Source: Spirochaetota bacterium (GTDB lineage: Bacteria > Spirochaetota > UBA4802 > UBA5550). From it: 64,000 bases of DNA. Position numbers and translations under genes: made by a program. Every line of letters begins with the position of its first letter. Position 1 is the stretch's first letter. This document shows, one piece after another, positions 1-10,173 of the stretch. Location: NCBI GenBank assembly GCA_963663865.1, contig OY760686.1, positions 544,001 to 608,000 on the forward strand, written 5' to 3'. The notes beneath the pieces were generated by a model that worked only from the letters and a program-made list of their open reading frames with translations, made no database searches and was not told the DNA's origin.

Positions 1-207
1 CGTTACAAGGAACTCCTGCTTGACTCGTTTCTGAAGGAGAAGAACCAGCGGGGTGAAACCGTTTTCTACACAACGGGGCTTACAATGAAGAATGTCCAGA
101 CAGGTTCGTTTACGGAAATGAGAATGCGTAATGTGAAACACGGGAACAAGTCCGGCCTGAGAAGCGATATCTTCACTGAAGAGTATATGACGAGGCGGTG
201 GTGGTGA
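1..207 (+). CDS. C-terminal part of an outer-membrane lipoprotein-sorting (LolA-like) protein, truncated by the window edge
   Basis: Frame 1 is open from base 1 (RYKELLLD...TMKNVQTGSFTEM...DIFTEEYMTRRWW*). It precedes a DUF1302-like gene, the usual neighbour of this family. Confidence 0.6.
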   Translation, partial: RYKELLLDSFLKEKNQRGETVFYTTGLTMKNVQTGSFTEMRMRNVKHGNKSGLRSDIFTEEYMTRRWW

Positions 208-211
208 TATC

Positions 212-1561
212 ATGAAGATACGGATCGCGCTTATTTTTGCAACAGCCATGTTTCTCACTATCCGCTTGGCAGCAGAGCCGGCTGATATAGCCGAGCTTGC
301 TGACAAAGGCTCCGCGTCTGCAGGCGGCAGCAGTTTGTCCACGTCTGGTTTCAATCTGCATGGATGGGCAAGGGCAAATTTCGCGGCCCTGAAAAGCGAC
401 AGGGAGTTCAACAGTGATTTCAGCGACCCTCTCATGGGTGCGGCTCTCCAGCTTCAGCTTGAAGGCAACTCCGGGAACAGGGCACATTTCTACTCTGCGG
501 TAAACATGGAATATAATTCTTATAACAAAGAAAGCCCCGACGATGCGGAGGTCAGGCCATATCTCAAAATGATTGAGACCTACCTTGATTTCTATCCAGT
601 CGACTGGTTAAGTTTAAGGGCCGGTCATCAGCTTGTAACATGGGGAGAGGTAGAAGGTATTGAGGCCCCGACAGATATAGTCTGTCCCTGGGACTATGAC
701 ATAAAGACAACCGTTTTTGAGGAATACAAAATTGGAGTTACTGCGCTTAAGGCTGCATTCAGAATGCCGGCTGGGTTGAAGGCCGACCTGGTCTGGATAC
801 CCGTTTTTCAGCCTTCGATTCTTCCTCCGGAAGAGGTTTCAAACAAGGGTGCGGTCTATAACGCGGAGCCTGACATTGTGCGTCCTGATAACAGCCTTGG
901 AAACGGCGAATATGCCGCGAGGATTTCCGGAGAAGCGGGAGGGGCCAGGTTCGCAGGAGGTTTCATGTACGGCTATGATGATTTGCCCGACACAGACGTC
1001 TATCCGAATTTTGATGAGGGCGGCTTCAATGTTGATCTTGTATATGACCGGGTGAAGTCGGTGACGGGTGATCTGGCTTATGACTGCGGCAATTTTTCCG
1101 TCAAGGCATCAGGAATATTAAAGGTTACGGGCGATCATGGAGGAGAGAATATCTACAAAAGAAACTCAAGCATGCAGTATCTTGCCGGTATTGAGTCGGT
1201 TAACATAGGCTTTGACACCTACTTCGCCCTCTACGCCGGGCAGATGAGGGTAATAAACTACAGCAGGCCTGAGGGAATGTATGAGGAGGCAATCGCTGAG
1301 GGATTTGACCAGAGCTTTAAGTACAGATGGCTTCTTTCCGGGGTGATTCAGAGGAGCTTTCTCAGCGGGGACTTGCTTGAAGCCTCGCTGCGTTATTTCC
1401 TGAGCTCAAGCCCGGAGACGGATGAGATTGACTACACTGTAAACATGAACTTCGGCTATAAGTACACGGATGAAGTCAGCTCAACTCTCGGATTTGTTAT
1501 AGCGGACAGAATAGGTGTAATCAGAAATATGGTAATTCTCGAGATGAAGTACGCGTTTTAG
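212..1561 (+). CDS. Outer-membrane beta-barrel protein (DUF1302-like)
   Basis: Signal peptide, LRAGHQLVTWG motif, amphipathic strands and C-terminal Phe (MKYAF). Confidence 0.7.
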   Translation: MKIRIALIFATAMFLTIRLAAEPADIAELADKGSASAGGSSLSTSGFNLHGWARANFAALKSDREFNSDFSDPLMGAALQLQLEGNSGNRAHFYSAVNMEYNSYNKESPDDAEVRPYLKMIETYLDFYPVDWLSLRAGHQLVTWGEVEGIEAPTDIVCPWDYDIKTTVFEEYKIGVTALKAAFRMPAGLKADLVWIPVFQPSILPPEEVSNKGAVYNAEPDIVRPDNSLGNGEYAARISGEAGGARFAGGFMYGYDDLPDTDVYPNFDEGGFNVDLVYDRVKSVTGDLAYDCGNFSVKASGILKVTGDHGGENIYKRNSSMQYLAGIESVNIGFDTYFALYAGQMRVINYSRPEGMYEEAIAEGFDQSFKYRWLLSGVIQRSFLSGDLLEASLRYFLSSSPETDEIDYTVNMNFGYKYTDEVSSTLGFVIADRIGVIRNMVILEMKYAF

Positions 1562-1598
1562 CCCGAAAGGGACGATTAATAAATTCTGGAGGATCTAA

Positions 1599-2015
1599 AT
1601 GAAAGGTTTTTGTGTTCTTGCGAATGTAGTCTTGTGTTTATTCATCGCGATTGGGTGTTCTGATGACAGTGACGGTGATAATGGCAATGAAACATTTTCC
1701 ATTACACTGTATAACGGGACGTCTGATACGTTAACCATCGTCAGCGCTGTTAATACTCCTATTTCAGGCGTTCCGTTTGTCCTTGTCGGTGAAGGGGGGT
1801 TGTTGTCCTCTATTCCCATTTTACAGGGCGCTCAGTTTGGTCCTAACACGAACACAACCGGCACCTTCAGCGTTGAATGGTATGAATTCAATACAGCGAC
1901 CGCGGGAGATTACAGTGAAATTGAACCCTGTTCAAAAAGCGCGAACCTTGAAGGCGGAAAGAACTACGTTGCCACATTTACCGATGGGTGCAATGCTGAT
2001 TTCGTAGAGGAATAG
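1599..2015 (+). CDS. Hypothetical lipoprotein
   Basis: GGAGG RBS; lipobox IAIG-C followed by an acidic SDDSDGD tether. Confidence 0.75.
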   Translation: MKGFCVLANVVLCLFIAIGCSDDSDGDNGNETFSITLYNGTSDTLTIVSAVNTPISGVPFVLVGEGGLLSSIPILQGAQFGPNTNTTGTFSVEWYEFNTATAGDYSEIEPCSKSANLEGGKNYVATFTDGCNADFVEE

Positions 2016-2025
2016 CGCATTCTGA

Positions 2026-2057
2026 TGTCCGCCGGAATAATGCCGGCGGACAAAAAA
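2026..2057. terminator. GC-rich hairpin between convergent genes
   Basis: TGTCCGCCGG-N7-CCGGCGGACA; no canonical U-tract follows on either strand. Confidence 0.4.
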
Positions 2058-2058
2058 G

Positions 2059-2631
2059 TTAAAAATAGCGTCTCGTTTTTTTCTTGTATCTGGTATAATC
2101 ATCTCCAAACCTGTTTTCGAGAAAGGCCTCTTCCGCAAGGATGATACGGTGATGTCCGACAAAGGACAGAAGAGCGGCCCCCGCGATTACGGGATTAGCT
2201 GTAAAAATAACTGACGATACAGAGATCAGATGGAAACCGAGGTAGAGTGGATTTCTGCTGACGGAAAAGATGCCGCTGCTTTTAAGCACCGTGGCCGCCA
2301 GCGGAAGCCCCATCGTGTTGGCCTCTCCGAGCTTGATGTACGCGAAAAAGATGAAAAGCACCCCGGTTATCTCGAAGGTCAGAGCGATGAGCTGTGTGTA
2401 CAGATTCAGCTCAACGAATCTGAGGTTGTTGCCCGCTGATTGAAATAAAAGCCCCATCCAGGTCACGAGCATTCCAATCTTTGCCGCTGCAAAAAGCAGC
2501 CTGTTAACCGGGAGGCTCCCCCTGGTGTCAATTCCCGCTCTGTGGAATTTTCTCTCCTGAATAAAGTTTAAGAAGACAAGGAAGACGATTCCTGAGAAAA
2601 CCAGAATATTGATTATTACAAATATGTTCAT
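2059..2631 (-). CDS. Isoprenylcysteine carboxyl methyltransferase / PEMT-family membrane protein
   Basis: GIFSVSRNPLYLG and EEAFLENRFGDDYTRYKKKTRRY motifs; transmembrane helices. Confidence 0.85.
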   Translation of the reverse strand: MNIFVIINILVFSGIVFLVFLNFIQERKFHRAGIDTRGSLPVNRLLFAAAKIGMLVTWMGLLFQSAGNNLRFVELNLYTQLIALTFEITGVLFIFFAYIKLGEANTMGLPLAATVLKSSGIFSVSRNPLYLGFHLISVSSVIFTANPVIAGAALLSFVGHHRIILAEEAFLENRFGDDYTRYKKKTRRYF

Positions 2632-2717
2632 AATCAGCTCCGAATATTTCGTTTAATGTGTCATTGTGACCCGCGAAATAAATATTACAAGTCAAATAAC
2701 TGGTATTGGGATGGGTT

Positions 2718-3698
2718 TCAGCGGGTGATTTGCGGTCCCTGTAACGGGCCTATGCTCAGTAGCTCTCTGAGAGCGCGGGATATTCCGCAGATGTTGTCAG
2801 CCAGGAAGCTGTAGTTCAGAGTGTCCGCTGTGTCTTTATCTGTGTGATAGTTACTGTTTCGGTAGTGTCCTGAGTCTGAGAGCATTACTGCCGGATAGCC
2901 CCTTTCAATGAAGGAGCGGTGATCCGAGAGGTCCATGCCCGGAATAGAGGCAGGCCCTGTAACATTAAAGGTCTTCCTTGCCGAGTGCCGGTTGTAAATC
3001 GTTTTCCAGAGTTCAGTGTACCACTCGCATGAGGGAAGTGAAAAAACGCCAAGATAGTTTCCAAATTGCGGGGTATGCTTTCTGATGTCCTCAAAGGGAA
3101 TGGTCTGGCGGTATTTTCTGCCGGCATATCCTATCATTTCAAGACATATCATAAGCTCAATGTTTTCGTTCCTTGCCCGGCACCCTTTTGCGTGTAAGGC
3201 GCTCCCCATGAGCTCAGTTCCAAAGAAGGGAGGCTCTTCGAGTGTAAAAGCAACAAGTCTCAGCGTTTTTCTGAATCTGAATCGGGCAAGAATCCTTGCT
3301 ATCTCGAGAAGTCCGGCTATTGAGCTGGCATTATCATCGGCGCCCGGCGAGCCTTCAACTGTATCGTAGTGGGCGCCTATAAGTACAATCTCTTGAGGCA
3401 TATCAAAGCCCGGAATCTCGGCAATAATGTTGGACACCTCAACACCGCCGGCCTCATAGGGCTCAAGCCGCGGCTCCAGGCCGACGTGAGAGAGCCAGTC
3501 GAAAATATACGACCCGGCACGCTGAAGATTGTCCGGATTTCCCGGATTACGTTCACCGATTTCCGAGGCCAGTACCTGGATGTGTTCTCTTGCGTTTGTA
3601 TATACACGGTTTCTCTCCCTTTTCCGTTCCCAGTAAGCGGAAGAAAAAAGCCGTACTCTATCAGGCTCATGTATCAACATGAGTTTATTTTCTTTCAT
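2718..3698 (-). CDS. M28-family metallopeptidase
   Basis: GAHYD, GADDNAS, FTLEEPP, SDH and YHT Zn-ligand motifs. Confidence 0.9.
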   Translation of the reverse strand: MKENKLMLIHEPDRVRLFSSAYWERKRERNRVYTNAREHIQVLASEIGERNPGNPDNLQRAGSYIFDWLSHVGLEPRLEPYEAGGVEVSNIIAEIPGFDMPQEIVLIGAHYDTVEGSPGADDNASSIAGLLEIARILARFRFRKTLRLVAFTLEEPPFFGTELMGSALHAKGCRARNENIELMICLEMIGYAGRKYRQTIPFEDIRKHTPQFGNYLGVFSLPSCEWYTELWKTIYNRHSARKTFNVTGPASIPGMDLSDHRSFIERGYPAVMLSDSGHYRNSNYHTDKDTADTLNYSFLADNICGISRALRELLSIGPLQGPQITR

Positions 3699-3780
3699 CG
3701 CTGTTCTGTTTGCAATAAGTTTTTGAGGACTGGAGCAATAATTCAGCCCGGAGAGTTACGCATTAAAGGAATTATAATTC

Positions 3781-3810
3781 TTGACTGAAAAGAGTCTCAG
3801 GTGGTATCAT
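3781..3810 (+). promoter_or_regulatory. Putative sigma70 promoter
   Basis: TTGACT-N18-TATCAT with extended -10 TG, upstream of 3842. Confidence 0.5.
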
Positions 3811-3841
3811 ACGGGTGAATTGATTTTATGAGAGGTTCTCT

Positions 3842-4246
3842 ATGGAGATTTTTGACGGATTCATTTCCGCGGTGGCGCATGAATTCAAAATACGTTTTCA
3901 CAAAGATGAAAAGGGCGGATATACCACTAATATCGAATTCGAAGGCGACAGGTCTCAGGAAATACTCATAACCCTGACAAGGGACGAGTCGGGGGACCGC
4001 ATAATAAATTACTACTCGGTAATCGGCAGGCTGAAGAAGGATCTTTGCGAGCTTTACAAGTTTTGTCTACAGCACAACACTTCGCTTGATTACGGCTCAA
4101 TTGCGCTTCTTGATGATACGCTTATTCTGAGAAATTCGACTCTTCTACTGGACTGTGATCCGCACAGGTTTATGAAGACACTTACCTATGTTGCGGCAAA
4201 GGCTGATGAGCTTGAGGAGATGTTTGTTAAAGACAACCTGTATTAA
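3842..4246 (+). CDS. YbjN/CesT-like chaperone-fold protein
   Basis: 134 aa, acidic, with RSQEI...YYSVIG and C-terminal AAKADELEE helix; GAGG RBS. Confidence 0.55.
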   Translation: MEIFDGFISAVAHEFKIRFHKDEKGGYTTNIEFEGDRSQEILITLTRDESGDRIINYYSVIGRLKKDLCELYKFCLQHNTSLDYGSIALLDDTLILRNSTLLLDCDPHRFMKTLTYVAAKADELEEMFVKDNLY

Positions 4247-4251
4247 ATATT

Positions 4252-4285
4252 AAAAAACCGGCCCTTACGGGCCGGCTTGATGTTT
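4252..4285. terminator. Intrinsic terminator between convergent genes
   Basis: AAAAAA-CCGGCCC-TTAC-GGGCCGG-CTTGATGTTT. Confidence 0.7.
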
Positions 4286-4298
4286 GCTTATTCTATTT

Positions 4299-5123
4299 CT
4301 ATTCCTTTATCATGAAGCTTGAGGCATATTCAGGATGTCTGTGGACGTTTTTGAGCAGTCCAACTGCCTCATCCCTTGTCGGAACAGGCCCGACTTTGAC
4401 TCTGTAGTAACTCTTTCCTTTGACATTTGCTTTGTCGATAAATGTCTCAAAGTGCATTGCTTTGAGTTCTTTAAGCTGCTTCTCGGCTTTAGTTCTTGTG
4501 TCAAATGCCCCGACCTGTACGGAAAAACCGCTCCTAATGACTTTTGACGATGTTTTTTCGGGTTTGCTGACTCGGGAGCTGACCTCAACAACCTTTGTGT
4601 CCTCTTTCTTCCGCGATTTTTTTGCTGATGCCCGTGAAGTATCTTTTTTCATTTGGACCTTCTTCTCAGCCTGAGCGGTTTTTTTCTCTGAAGGCTGTGT
4701 GTTTTTCGAAAGTGACGGCGGGATGATTGTTTCGATGTTGTCAGCCGTCAGGATATCTGCGCCTTTCGATGAGCCTTTCTCCGCTGTGTTATCTCCAATG
4801 AGCGCTTGAGCAGAAGCTCCGTCAAGGGGCGATGCCGGCGGTGTTTCTGAAAAGAGAGCTGAAGCTTCTCCGGTATGCGGAGGAGCCGGAATTGCGGATG
4901 TATCTATTCCCGGAATTTTTTCCGGGCTGAAAAGCATGCTATTCTGTGAGGCGTCTGCAACGGCTTTCGGGCCGTCGGAGCTGCGGTTCATTCCGATCAG
5001 AAAGGCTATAATAACAAGCCCGACTATTACGGAAGAAAGTATAATTATGCGGGGCGCGTCCAGGTGGAGAAGATATACGCTTTTCTCTTTTACCGGGGCC
5101 CTGTTTGGTTCAAAATGTTCCAT
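4299..5123 (-). CDS. SPOR-domain cell division protein
   Basis: N-terminal TM helix, low-complexity linker and C-terminal FSVQVGAF...YYRVKVGP. Confidence 0.85.
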   Translation of the reverse strand: MEHFEPNRAPVKEKSVYLLHLDAPRIIILSSVIVGLVIIAFLIGMNRSSDGPKAVADASQNSMLFSPEKIPGIDTSAIPAPPHTGEASALFSETPPASPLDGASAQALIGDNTAEKGSSKGADILTADNIETIIPPSLSKNTQPSEKKTAQAEKKVQMKKDTSRASAKKSRKKEDTKVVEVSSRVSKPEKTSSKVIRSGFSVQVGAFDTRTKAEKQLKELKAMHFETFIDKANVKGKSYYRVKVGPVPTRDEAVGLLKNVHRHPEYASSFMIKE

Positions 5124-5680
5124 AGTTCTGAGACCTGCCTTTCTGTGTTTTCGATGGAAAACGAATTATCAATTACATAATCGGCGAGTCCTATTTTTTC
5201 ATTGAGCGGAATTTGATGTTTTATCCGCGCGAGGGCCTCTTTTTCTGTCATACCGTCGCGTGCCATTCCTCTTGTAACCGCCTGTCCGGTTTCAGATATG
5301 ACTACTACGTTAAAGTCCATATACAGGTCAAAGCCTGTTTCGTAAAGAAGGGGTACATTCACCGCGTAAATTACGCCTTCAGCCGAAGTCCGTTTCAGGA
5401 CCTCCTCAAGTATGATGGGGTGGGTTATCGCGTTAAGCTTTTCGAGCAATGCGCTTTCCTTGAAGACTTTCGAAGCTAAAAGGCTTCTGTCTAAAGAACC
5501 GTCAGCTTTAATAAAGCCGCTTCCGAAGGTATCCTCTATGAGATCGAGCCCCTTTGTTCCCGGTTCCACTATTTCTCTGGCGATTATGTCTGTGTCGATG
5601 ACGCGGGCGCCTCTTTTTTCAAGCATGGAGCAAACAGTCCCCTTTCCGGAAGCGTAGATGCCTGTTACACCGACTTTCAC
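5090..5680 (-). CDS. coaE: Dephospho-CoA kinase
   Basis: GVTGIYASGKGT P-loop, DTDIIAR, LNAITHP, VPLLYE, ADYVIDN. Confidence 0.95.
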   Translation of the reverse strand: MKVGVTGIYASGKGTVCSMLEKRGARVIDTDIIAREIVEPGTKGLDLIEDTFGSGFIKADGSLDRSLLASKVFKESALLEKLNAITHPIILEEVLKRTSAEGVIYAVNVPLLYETGFDLYMDFNVVVISETGQAVTRGMARDGMTEKEALARIKHQIPLNEKIGLADYVIDNSFSIENTERQVSELWNILNQTGPR

Positions 5681-7227
5681 CGCTCAGCCTCCTCCAGAAA
5701 GCGCTTTATGAGTTCTTCCGCCTTTTTTCTGCGGGGGGATAATGGCGTGGATGCTTCCGCGACGCTTTCGGCGGCACCTCGGCCTGAAAGCGCCGACCTT
5801 ACTGCATCTGCGGCTATCGTGAAACCGGGGTCTTCCGGTTTTTTAAAAAAACCGCGTGTTACCGCGTCGGCGCCGCAGTCAGGATTTAATTCCGCTATGA
5901 ACTCATCGGGAAGCACGCGCGGAGCGTTCCTGAGCGGAAGCCCCTTATCAGAAAGGTGAACGGCCTTCAGTCCGTCAAGCTGTGAAAGCAGGCTGTCAGT
6001 GCGGTCACGGTACGACTCGAAGGACTTGCGCGTAAACGCCCCGTCTATTCGATACCTGCCCGACGATTTGAATATGTACCGGGCGTTCGAAGTCTCTGCC
6101 GGATTAAGCCTGTTCTGAAAAATCGAGGTGTAGCGTCTCTGGTATGATCCGCCCCGGCTGTAGGTTTCATAGCGCGGGAAGGAGAAATCGAGCCCGGCGA
6201 GGGCAAGCCTCCTTATACCGGCATAGTACGCGAGGGATATCGCGTCTCCCGCAACCGAGCCGCTTCTTGAATCGATTGTGCCTATTATTCCAGGATACAT
6301 ATCGTCGAGCAGCTGAGACAGTGGATGCGTGTTGAGCGATACGAAGGGGACTGTGTCTGCAAGGGTCAATATTCCCCCGAAGGATGTTAATGAGCAAACC
6401 AGCAGCGATTGGCGTGTTGAGACCCCCGAGAAGTGTTCTGTGACGCATGACTGAGGGTCAATCGTGACGATTATGTCCGGAGTCAGGCCGCGGCTCTGAA
6501 GCACTGAAGCCGCGGAGTCGACGGCGATGAGGCAGACGCTTTTTCTTCGTGACGCGATGGCGTCAAGCGCCGCATAGAGTCCGGGCCCTGAGCCGGCCAC
6601 GACTCCCGGAAGGCCACGGTAGGCGTCTTTGAGCTGTGAGACGTGACGAAGCCCGTGAAGCGCATTTATAAATGTGAGCGCGTTTCTGACGTAGGCTGTG
6701 CTGAAGCGGCTGATGGTTGCCGCGTCTGAAGCCTTCCGGTTGATCGCTGAAACTGCCGAGGCCTTATACGCGTTATAGTATTCCGGCATTGCCCTGAATG
6801 ACGCCGGGTGCTCAATGACGGTAATGAACTTTAATGCCTCAATATCTATAAGCGATGAAAGCTCAGCCTCAACTGCTTCTGGAGCGAGTCCGGTCAGAAA
6901 AAGAACAGACGGTGAATTAAGAAGAAACGAGGCGTGCGGGTTTTCCGAGAGACGGTTTTCAATTCCGGGCAGAGCGTCAACGCAGATGACCATGCTCAGC
7001 CTGTCCATATGCTTTTCGATATTCAGCAGGTGGTATCCGAGTCCAGTGCCGAGGACGATGAGGCAGGTTCCGTATTTGGGAGGGCTTTGAAGCGCCTCTA
7101 TTGACAACTGTTCCCGCATTGGATTGACCGCGCTGTGAATGCGGAGCTTTCTGCCGCCTGACGTAACTGTCAGCGAGGGGAGTCCGTTCGGGAGGATGTC
7201 GATTTCGTAGGTGGGTTTATCAGGCAT
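5677..7227 (-). CDS. Motility-associated factor (Maf/DUF115, MptE-like) family protein
   Basis: IHSAVNP, LGTGLGYH, GSGPGL, AVDSA, PDIIVTIDP, GSVA and GLDFSF motifs. Confidence 0.8.
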   Translation of the reverse strand: MPDKPTYEIDILPNGLPSLTVTSGGRKLRIHSAVNPMREQLSIEALQSPPKYGTCLIVLGTGLGYHLLNIEKHMDRLSMVICVDALPGIENRLSENPHASFLLNSPSVLFLTGLAPEAVEAELSSLIDIEALKFITVIEHPASFRAMPEYYNAYKASAVSAINRKASDAATISRFSTAYVRNALTFINALHGLRHVSQLKDAYRGLPGVVAGSGPGLYAALDAIASRRKSVCLIAVDSAASVLQSRGLTPDIIVTIDPQSCVTEHFSGVSTRQSLLVCSLTSFGGILTLADTVPFVSLNTHPLSQLLDDMYPGIIGTIDSRSGSVAGDAISLAYYAGIRRLALAGLDFSFPRYETYSRGGSYQRRYTSIFQNRLNPAETSNARYIFKSSGRYRIDGAFTRKSFESYRDRTDSLLSQLDGLKAVHLSDKGLPLRNAPRVLPDEFIAELNPDCGADAVTRGFFKKPEDPGFTIAADAVRSALSGRGAAESVAEASTPLSPRRKKAEELIKRFLEEAER

Positions 7228-7328
7228 TGTCGGATCACATCCTCCAGCTAATTTTCAATGCTGTCTGTAAATTCTGTGTTGAAGGTTCTTTGAGGTCTTT
7301 GCCAATACTCTCATTGGGCCCTTTCAGA

Positions 7329-8804
7329 TCAGAAGTTTATCCCGGCTCTCAGAGAGTAGTATGTTTCCTTCTGTAAGCTGCCCGGTATGTTAAGGGATGA
7401 TATCTCCGGAATTACTACGGGCTTCTCGTATTCGTAGGTATGTATTTTGTAGTCTGCATCGCCCGAATAGGCATGAACAAGTTCGGCAATCTTGACTGCC
7501 GCGAGGGCGCCTATTGAAAAGAGCGGGATATTGCCGCTGCCGCGGTTGTATACCGCGGTTCCGGCAAGGGCCATTTCGGTGAGATAATACGCCCATCCCG
7601 CAGTCCTTTTTCCCTTGTACATGAGGCCGGTACCCGGAAAAATCAGAGAGAGTGCGAGCGCTGTCTCGTCGCGGTAGAGGTAGAAGGGCGGTAATGTGTC
7701 GTTGTTCCGGTAGAGGACTGCCAGCTGGTCGAAGTAGGCTGCCGTAATTGTCAGAGGCAGCGTTGACCACAGAAATACGTGCAGGTCTTTCTGTCTGTCA
7801 GACTTGTCGCTGTCCTGAATCCACGGGAAGAAGTTCATAGAAAAGCCGGACGCGGCCGGGAGTGCCGCAAGCTGGCCGGTGATCAGGGCGGTGGAAAAGA
7901 GCACTCCTGGTACGTCGGCCTTTTTGTTCTTAAAGCCGAGATAACCAGAAGCTAAAAACGATCCGTATCCCGGCAGGCAGATATTTGCTCCCGGGTTGAT
8001 GATGCAGATACTTTCCACGAAGCGTTTTTCCGAGTCGCTGTTTTTGAGTAGTGTCGATTCAGGGCCGAACTGGCTGTTTATATTGCGCTGTATCCGCCTG
8101 CCGATTTCCTCAATGGCGTTTTTAGTATCGGGATATATGTCTATGCTTATTCTGCCGGCCGCCACCGCGCCCGGAAGGCCGGTTATCACGGAATGATATC
8201 TTCCGGCGCTGATTACATTAAAAGGCCTGGCCGCGGCACTGTAGCTCCCTTCGGTGATTCCGTGCCACTGTCCGGCTTTGACGGTCAGTGTGCCTTCGGA
8301 AGCTGATATAATATCGGCTATAACCGGGAGGCCTTCGTGCAGATGTACCGTTTCGAGGGCAAACCTGAGGGGTACATTCGACAATATTCTTGTTTTGAAG
8401 CTGACTGTTCTGCCGAGCTGTTGAAGTGTCTTTTCCACCGGGACGAACTTCATGTCGCCTATTACGGCCGCTCCGTATGGACGGACGGTTATAAGGATAT
8501 ACGCCTTCAGCCCGAGGGCCGAAGCGGCTTTTGCGGCCGATTCTGTCCCGGTGACAGCTCCATTCGCGGCCGTGTAGTCCCTCAGCCTGCCGGGTTCAAC
8601 CGGCAGCATGCGGCCCAGCTCTGAAAGCGTTGTGTAGATTGAGCGTTCTGATTCAAGCATGACAGCATTCAGCTGCGGAGATGCGCCGGGAATACTGAAA
8701 ACGGCAATGTCCCCGCGTATCAAAGGCAGCTCCGCCGAAAAAAGCGGGCCGCTCATGGCGCAGATGAATGCTGTCAGTACTATTGCTTTGAGTGTATTAC
8801 ACAT
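7329..8804 (-). CDS. Hypothetical exported/membrane protein, paralog of 20607..22091
   Basis: Signal peptide; C-terminal LSLIFPGTGLMYKG and AVKIAELVHA shared with the paralog. Confidence 0.7.
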   Translation of the reverse strand: MCNTLKAIVLTAFICAMSGPLFSAELPLIRGDIAVFSIPGASPQLNAVMLESERSIYTTLSELGRMLPVEPGRLRDYTAANGAVTGTESAAKAASALGLKAYILITVRPYGAAVIGDMKFVPVEKTLQQLGRTVSFKTRILSNVPLRFALETVHLHEGLPVIADIISASEGTLTVKAGQWHGITEGSYSAAARPFNVISAGRYHSVITGLPGAVAAGRISIDIYPDTKNAIEEIGRRIQRNINSQFGPESTLLKNSDSEKRFVESICIINPGANICLPGYGSFLASGYLGFKNKKADVPGVLFSTALITGQLAALPAASGFSMNFFPWIQDSDKSDRQKDLHVFLWSTLPLTITAAYFDQLAVLYRNNDTLPPFYLYRDETALALSLIFPGTGLMYKGKRTAGWAYYLTEMALAGTAVYNRGSGNIPLFSIGALAAVKIAELVHAYSGDADYKIHTYEYEKPVVIPEISSLNIPGSLQKETYYSLRAGINF

Positions 8805-9066
8805 GGCTGGAGGTAAGGTTATTGTTCAGCGCCTGCAAGTCAACGAAATAATTAAGGAGGCAGCGGGATGGGTGAGAGTCTCACGTTTAATTTATTTTCC
8901 GCTGAGCCTGATATAAAAATCGCCAACAGGCCATGCTCTGGGCTCAGAAAATAGCTTGACCATGACCCGGTATCCCGGAACTTTTACCTTTAGCAGTGGC
9001 CCGGCAGGAATAAGCGAATTGCTGGCGCTGAATTTATCAAAAGAAGCACATTAATGAGGAGTACAC

Positions 9067-10170
9067 ATGGCTTTACAGATAGGCATAGTCGGCCTTCCGA
9101 ACGTAGGCAAGTCGACGCTTTTTAATTCACTTAGCAAGGCTGCTAAGGCGGAGGCGGCTAATTATCCCTTTTGCACCATAGAGCCGAACAGCGCGATAGT
9201 TCCAGTTCCTGACGAGAGGCTTGATAAGTTGGCTGAGATAGTAAAACCTCAGAAGGTTTTAAACGCAACCGTTGAGTTTACCGACATTGCCGGACTGGTA
9301 AGGGGCGCCTCAAAGGGAGAGGGCCTTGGAAACCAGTTCTTATCGCATATCCGCGAAACCTCGGCTATCGTTCATGTAGTCAGGTGTTTTGACGATGAGA
9401 ATGTTATTCATGTTGACGGTTCTGTCGATCCGCTGAGGGATATTGATGTTATCAATACGGAGCTTTTGCTTGCCGACATTCAGACTCTGGAAAACAGGGT
9501 CGTAAAGCTGGAAAAACAGGCCCGTGGAGACAAGAAGGTGCAGCCGCTTGTTGACATGACGCGCTCAATGATTGAACACCTGAACAGCGGTGAACCGGCC
9601 AGGACATTCAGGGATCACGGCAGCGATGTCTACGAGGCCTTTGCTTCGGAGGTTCGTCTGTTAACCGATAAGCCTGTAATCTTCGCGGCCAACGTGGATG
9701 AGAATTCACTTGCCGGGGGCAACAGCTATGTTGAGGCGGTTAGAACAAGGGCCGCTGACAGCGGCAGTGAGGTGGTTGTAGTCTGCGCGAACGTCGAGGA
9801 AGAGCTTGTTGATATGGAAGAAAGCGACCGGATGGAGTATCTCGAAAGCCTTGGGGCAGACGGTGAGAGCGGGCTTCATAAAATAATAAGCAAGGGATAT
9901 GCCGCTCTGGGCCTCATCAGCTACTTTACGGCCGGTGTAAAGGAAGTCAGGGCATGGACAATAGAGAATGGCTGGAAGGCGCCGAAAGCGGCATCTGTCA
10001 TTCATAACGACTTTGAGCGCGGTTTCATCCGTGCTGAGGTTATTTCTTACGCTGATTTTGTTGAGTATAAGGGCGAGGCCGGAGCCAAAGCCGCAGGAAA
10101 AATGCGGACTGAGGGCAAGGGATATACCGTCCAGGACGGCGACGTTATGCATTTTCTTTTTAATGTGTAA
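9067..10170 (+). CDS. ychF: Redox-regulated ATPase YchF
   Basis: GIVGLPNVGKST, ANYPFCTIEPN, DIAGLV, GLGNQFL and C-terminal TGS domain (VQDGDVMHFLFNV). Confidence 0.98.
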   Translation: MALQIGIVGLPNVGKSTLFNSLSKAAKAEAANYPFCTIEPNSAIVPVPDERLDKLAEIVKPQKVLNATVEFTDIAGLVRGASKGEGLGNQFLSHIRETSAIVHVVRCFDDENVIHVDGSVDPLRDIDVINTELLLADIQTLENRVVKLEKQARGDKKVQPLVDMTRSMIEHLNSGEPARTFRDHGSDVYEAFASEVRLLTDKPVIFAANVDENSLAGGNSYVEAVRTRAADSGSEVVVVCANVEEELVDMEESDRMEYLESLGADGESGLHKIISKGYAALGLISYFTAGVKEVRAWTIENGWKAPKAASVIHNDFERGFIRAEVISYADFVEYKGEAGAKAAGKMRTEGKGYTVQDGDVMHFLFNV

Positions 10171-10173
10171 GAC